Below are positions 58,321 to 64,000 of a stretch of 64,000 nucleotides of DNA, piece after piece. The notes beneath the pieces were generated by a model, which did not search any database, was not told where the DNA came from, and saw only the letters and a program-made list of their open reading frames with translations. Each line of letters begins with the position of its first letter. Position 1 is the first letter of the stretch. Both the position numbers and the translations under genes were made by a program. The stretch is from positions 1 to 64,000 of the forward strand of contig CDRNVI010000155.1 in the NCBI GenBank assembly GCA_977017575.1, written 5' to 3'. The stretch comes from Paramoeba atlantica. Taxonomy: Eukaryota > Protista > Discosea.

Positions 58321-61300
58321 TGTTACAATCCTGTTGGCTCTTGTGTTTTCCATTTGGAGCCATTCTCACTCCCTCTTCTGCCAAACAACTGATCTCTCTC
58401 TCCCTGTTCTCCCCGATTGACACTCTCTCTCTTCCCTCTCTTTTCCTTCTTCTCTTTTCTCTCTCTCTCTCTTCTTTCACTTCCTCTTCTCTCATCCTTC
58501 CTCCCTCCTTCTCTTTCTTTCCTCTTTCCTTCCTTTCCTTTTTCTTTTTCCCCTTTTCTCACTTTTCCTCCCCTCTCTTTTCTCCTGTCTTTTTCCTTTT
58601 CTCTGTGCTTTTCAGGATGTTGATTCATGAATGATCCATCTGTGTTCTATTGCAGTTATCTGCCACTAAAACGCTCTTTTCATGCTGTTTTCACTGTCTT
58701 TCTCTCCTTTGTTTTGTGTTGTTTTCTCCCCTTTTTCTCTGCTGTCACAAATCATTTGTTCCCCCTTTTCTGTTTGTTGATACAAATAAATCATTCTCTT
58801 CAGTTCCTTTCTGTTGTGTTTTTCTTGTCCCTCTCCCTCTTCCCCTTGGCCACACAAATTAAGAGTCGAGGGCTCTGCCCTGGGTGAAGTTGTTAGTGAG
58901 GAAGAGGTCTACTCTCCCATCACACCCCTTTCTTGTTTTGTTTTTGTTTTTGTTTTATTTGTATCCCTCGATCCACAATATCAAATGGCCTTCCCTGATT
59001 ATGAACCCAACATTTCCCAGAACATCCAGTTTGGGCAATTTAAGGAGAAGTTTAATGCAATGGATTTTAAGTCTTGGTTCAATTCACTCAACAGTCACCT
59101 TTACACATTAAGACTTGATCACCATTTAACTATTGATGATGCTGCTGAAGTACCCACTGCACAAGCTAATGAAGAAGTAATCCCTGAGAAATCATTGATA
59201 AGAGTTGAGAATCAGAAAACCAATTGCCTCCAAGTTGCGCAACTCATCTGAAACTGCTTACAACCAGACCTGAAGCAGGTGACACAAAATATGAGATTTC
59301 TTAGAAAACTGTATACTCTAATCAAGTTTTTAAGAGAAATGTATTTGGTGGATGAGGATGAGAAGAAGAAGGTGCTGAGGAAAGAATTTGATGCTTTTCA
59401 AAGATTGCAAGGCGAATCCTTCAAGCAGATGACCACCCGCATATCATTAATAATATTGATGTGTGAAAACAGTGGTGTTGAAATCTCAAATGAAGAAAAA
59501 GTAACCACTCTTCTACATGGAATTGGAAGTCAAACATGGGCCCAAACCGTTTTGACAATTTGACAAATTGCAGAAGGGAAGAATTGAGATTTCAAAAGGA
59601 TGAAAAAAAACCTAGTTGAGAAAGAAAAAGTGATGAAAGAAATAATGAACAAGAGCCACTCAGCTAATGTTGCTCATCAAGCATTTGCCAGCCTGGCATT
59701 TGTTTCTTTGTCCTCTTATTCTCCATCTATTCAAGTTCCTGCATCTTTTCCTTCTCCAGCACCTCCATTCTCTCTTTCTCCCTCTCCCACTCCTGTTCCC
59801 TCTCCTTCCCCTGTCCTGTCCCAATTGCCTATCCAACCCCCTGCTCAATCCCCAGCCCCACCTAATATTCCTCCACAATACAATCAAAATACACCTTATC
59901 AGCAAAATCAACAATCCTATGCTCCTCAGTATCATCAAGATTCGTACTCTGCTCTTTGAACTTGACCTGGTTGGGAAGAACTGCCAAAGATACTATACAA
60001 ATGTTTTAATTGTGGTCTTGGATGCCATACAGCATGAAAATGCTTTCTCTCTAAGGCACCAGCTGGTGAAATTGCTTTTTGTGAGTTCCTTGAATTCCAA
60101 CAACAGTTTGAAGAATGGAAAGTTAAGATGACCAATAAAGGGTTTCCTGTGTGCTTTTTGTCTGTTTTAAAATCTTTCTCTACCCCTGAAACAAAAAGAC
60201 TTCAACTCTTCTCAGATAATGAAGCAATTATTGATTTTGGATGCACAACTTCTATTCTGAAATCAAGAGAATACCTTGTGAACACCTGTAAACCTGATGA
60301 AATTCTTGAAATCTTGCAAGCCAATGGTGATTTGATCCAAGTTGTCCTTCAAATGATTTAAATTTAGCAAAAGATATGAAACTTCTCAAGAATATTTCTG
60401 TTGTGCCAGATTGTACCCTGAACTTGCTCTCTGTATCTCAAATGTGTGAGACTTGGAACACCTTGATTATTTTTGACAAAGATGGTGTCAAAGTGATAAG
60501 AAAGAAAATTCCACTTTCTGAAGCTGAAATGATTTTATCTGGAAGCCAAAGAAATGGACTTTATCACTTGTCACTCCCTAATATGAACCATGTTTATTGT
60601 ACTCAAAAAGTAATTGAAGAAGCTGATGCAGATGAATACATTGCTCCTGATGAAACTGGACCAAAGAAGAGAGTTTGTTGAACCTTGAATCCTGAACATG
60701 AAAAAGAATTGAAGTTATGGCACCAAAGACATGGCCATCTTTCTGGTTTGTGTAGAACAATTGGTGTGAAAGCCATTCATGGGCTGCCTCCCAACTACAA
60801 AGACCTGATTGCTGATTCTGACCAAGTTTGTGATGCCTGCATTTTTGTGAAGAACAAGATGAGACCTCATCATAGTGGTTGCTGCACTTTTCAACACCAT
60901 GGTGAGATGTTACACATTGATTTGCATGAGAAATCTACTCTCTCTTACCATAACAACAAATACTTGATCTTGATTATTGAAAACTACTCTGGCTGTGATT
61001 TATCTCAATTTATTAAAAGAAAATCTGATGCTGGCAATAAGATAATTGATGTAATTCAAAAATTGGAGAGACAAGCTGGTGTGAAAGTGAAGATTTTACA
61101 ATGTGATGGAGCCTCTGAATTTATTGGACAAAAAACCTCTCTCAGTATATACTGTTGCAAGAAAGGAATAGAAATCCACTGTTCCAGCCCTTGCTGCCCT
61201 CAAGAAAATGGTGTTGCTGAAAGAGGAAATCATACCTGATGGAGTACTGTCCAAGTGATTCATCTGGCTGCTGAATTACCTGCTAATTTTTGGGAATTTG

Positions 61301-64000
61301 CTGAAAGAATGGCTGCAAAATTAATCTCTATGACTGTGAAAGAAGGTGAGAAGATTACTCCTCTTGAAAAATTGTATGAGAGAAAACCCTCAATGGATTT
61401 AATTAGAACCTTTGGCTGCCATGCTTTCACTCATATTTCTCAAGAAATGCGCTTCAAAACTGACCCTGTTTCAAGAGCTGGAATTAATTTGGGACCTGCT
61501 GACAATATGCATGGATTTTTGCTATTTGACCTGATCCAACAGAAAACTTTCCAAAGCTCAAGCGTTTTATTTGATGAATATGCTTTTGGGATCCCTGAAT
61601 TGAAGAAGAGAAGTGCCCTGGGAAGATTGCCAAGATATTATGTGGAAGGTGAAAACAAAACAAGTTTAGATGATAGTGATGATGTCACAAGTCGCAAAGT
61701 GAATGATTTTGATTTTTATGATGAAAAAAATTTTATTGAACCCCCTGAATTTGTCTCAAACTCCTGGGAAGAACTTGCTATATCTGATGATGAATTTGTG
61801 GAAACTATTAGTCCAAATGGAGAGCAAATTGAAGCTGGCTCGCAGGATATCTTGCCAATATCCGAATCTCTGAGAAGACATTCCAATGTGCATTTATCTG
61901 ATGATATTGAAAATGAAGAACCTATTCCTGAAGATGAAGAAATTCTAAAGTTAATGAATATCAACTTTGAACCAATTGAAAAGGAAAAAGAAGAATTAAT
62001 TGAATCTTTTGATGTTGAAGAAGCTGATGATGTAGTTATCAATCTTTCTCTATCTAGAACCGACCCAAACTCTCTGAGCACCCCTTTGAAGACTCAAAGA
62101 GCACCTCTACAAGCGAACAAACACCTTGATCCTCTATCCCAATCAAGTGCTCACTCTAGCACTGCTCGTAGAACCCTTTTTAATGACTCTGAACCTGAAT
62201 TTGAACCTGATATTGAATCTAATTCAAAAGATAACTTGAATTCTAATTCTGAGAATAAACATGAATCTGTAAAAGAAGAACCACAACCCTGTTGATCTGG
62301 TAGAATTGCTGCTCCACCTGCACATCACCCTTTGATGGATCCAAATCTTGCTTCTGATCATTTACATGGACACAATTTCCTCTCTCATCTTCACCATGCA
62401 ATGTTTGCTGATACTGTTATCTTGAACAAGAAAACACCTCACTTGTTCTACCAAGCACAAAGAAGTGAACAAAGAAATGAATGGATTGAAGTTTGTTGCT
62501 GTGAAATTGCTGCTCACCATGAAAATAAGACTTGGACACTTGTTCCCTGCCCAAAACCAAACCAAAATGGAAAGAAACATATAATTATGAGAGGTATTTG
62601 GTGCTTTCGAATTAAAACTGAGAATGGAAAAATCAAAAGTTACAAGGCTCATTATTGTGCTGATGGAAGTGGTGTGATAAAGAAATTGAATTCTGACCCT
62701 GAACTTGGCTTTGAAGACAATTACTCTGGATTTGCAACATCCACCTCTCTTAATCTAACCTATGCAGTTGCTGCAATGTATAGCCTTGAAGTTGACTCTG
62801 GTGATGTCTCTGGTGCCTATCTTCAATCAGAAATGCCAAAAGGAAATATTGTTTATTATGTGGAGCAACCAGAAGGATTTAAAGACCCTGCTCATCCTGA
62901 CTGGGTTTGCATGTTGAACAAAGTCTTGTATGAAGTGCTGATTGCTGGACAAAGATGGAATTTGATCTTTCAAAAATTCCTTGTGGAAGAATTAGGATTC
63001 AAATGCAGTAAACCAGACCCCAATCTCTACATCCAACATGATGATGATGGTAATTTCTGCCTATTTCTGACTGTTGTTGATGATACCCTTGATGTATGCT
63101 CCTCTAATGTATTAAGAGAAGAAATCCACACAAAATTGTATGATTGTTTCAAGTGGAAAAATGATGGTAAATGCTCTTGGTTCCTTGAATGCACTGTGAA
63201 ACAAAATGCTAATGAAATAACTGTTGATCAATGTATTTACCTTGAAACTGTGCTGAAATCCTTTGAGAAATATGATATCAAGCTCTCCAATGTGCCTGCA
63301 AATACCAAGCTCCTATCTGCTCTGACTGAAGATGAACCAATTACTGATTTTCCTTACTCAAGCCTTGTTGGATCTTTAAATTGGCTGATGAAAACTAGAC
63401 CTGAAATATCCTTTGCTGTCTCACAATGCTCTCGCTACCTTCACAACCATGCCCAGTGTCATGATGAAGCCACTTTGAAAGTTCTTGGATATTTGAAGAA
63501 AAATCCAAATCTTGGTCTGTGTTTCCTTAAATCTCATTTCAACAAAGAAAAATTATTTGTAGATGTCTATGCTGACTCAAGCAATGCTGATTGCCTTGAT
63601 GATCGAAAATCCTCCTATGGATACACTCTTAGAGCCAATGGAAAACTCCTCTCTTGGCACTCCAAGAAATTCCCACAAGTTTGCTTATCAAGTTGTGAAG
63701 CCAAATACCATGCTATGAGTGAATGTGCCCAGGAAATCAAATTTGCAAGAAACCTATTGAAAGACCTTGAATTACCATCCAATGATGTTATCCCTATGCG
63801 AGTTGATTCCAAACCTGCAACTGCCATTGCTGAAATTCCTAAAGTAACCCAAGGCAACAAACATTTTAATGTTCATGACCATTTCATTCGTGATGCCATT
63901 GATGATAAAGTCCTTAAAATTGACCAAACCCCATCTGCTGAGAATATTGCTGATATATTCACAAAACCTTTGCCTCCAGCGAAATTTATCCCCTTTAGAG
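58321..64000 (+). mobile_element. Decayed Ty1/Copia LTR retrotransposon inserted in the old Gypsy RT; runs off the window
   Basis: Starts TGTTAC at 58321. gag from ~58986 (MAFPDY; CFNCGLGCHTA*KC), protease IIDFGCT, GAG-pre-integrase LWHQRHGH, integrase QCDGASEF/NGVAER, RT YVEQPEGF/VVDD, RNase H YADS...KHF...DHFIRD...ADIFTKPL. Many stops; 3' LTR not in the window. Confidence 0.9.

Overview
Intron-dense eukaryotic DNA in the standard code, with short GT-AG introns that are CT-rich on the sense strand. Gene content (Grl-type BMP-domain class C GPCR, THH1/TOM1-type 7TM) suggests an amoebozoan-like protist; this is an inference. Most short ORFs in the track are low-complexity intron noise. The first 40 kb holds host genes: a Cys-rich secreted protein, a 2xUBA protein, a sulfotransferase, an ankyrin protein, a very large Cys-rich 7TM protein, two class C GPCRs with different bacterial-type binding domains, and VWA and LRR pseudogenes. 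It also holds a pogo/Fot1 transposon, an RT-deleted RLE retroelement, a segmental duplication and a decayed intron-containing RAG1/Transib-like transposase followed by a Ulp1 domain. From 40 to 64 kb is a nested TE cluster: an old CpG-depleted chromodomain Gypsy interrupted by a 7.26-kb TIR element, a young intact Gypsy and a decayed Copia. Two headline observations: (1) the TIR element pairs a RAG1/Transib-like transposase ORF with an intact TET/JBP-like 2OG-Fe(II) dioxygenase, inside a neighbourhood showing heavy CpG decay. (2) One spliced minus-strand gene appears to encode signal peptide, catalytically dead kexin domain, P domain, Cys-rich repeats, TM helix and a cytoplasmic tail with an NLS-like run and a chromodomain. 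All domain calls come from motif recognition by eye, not database searches.
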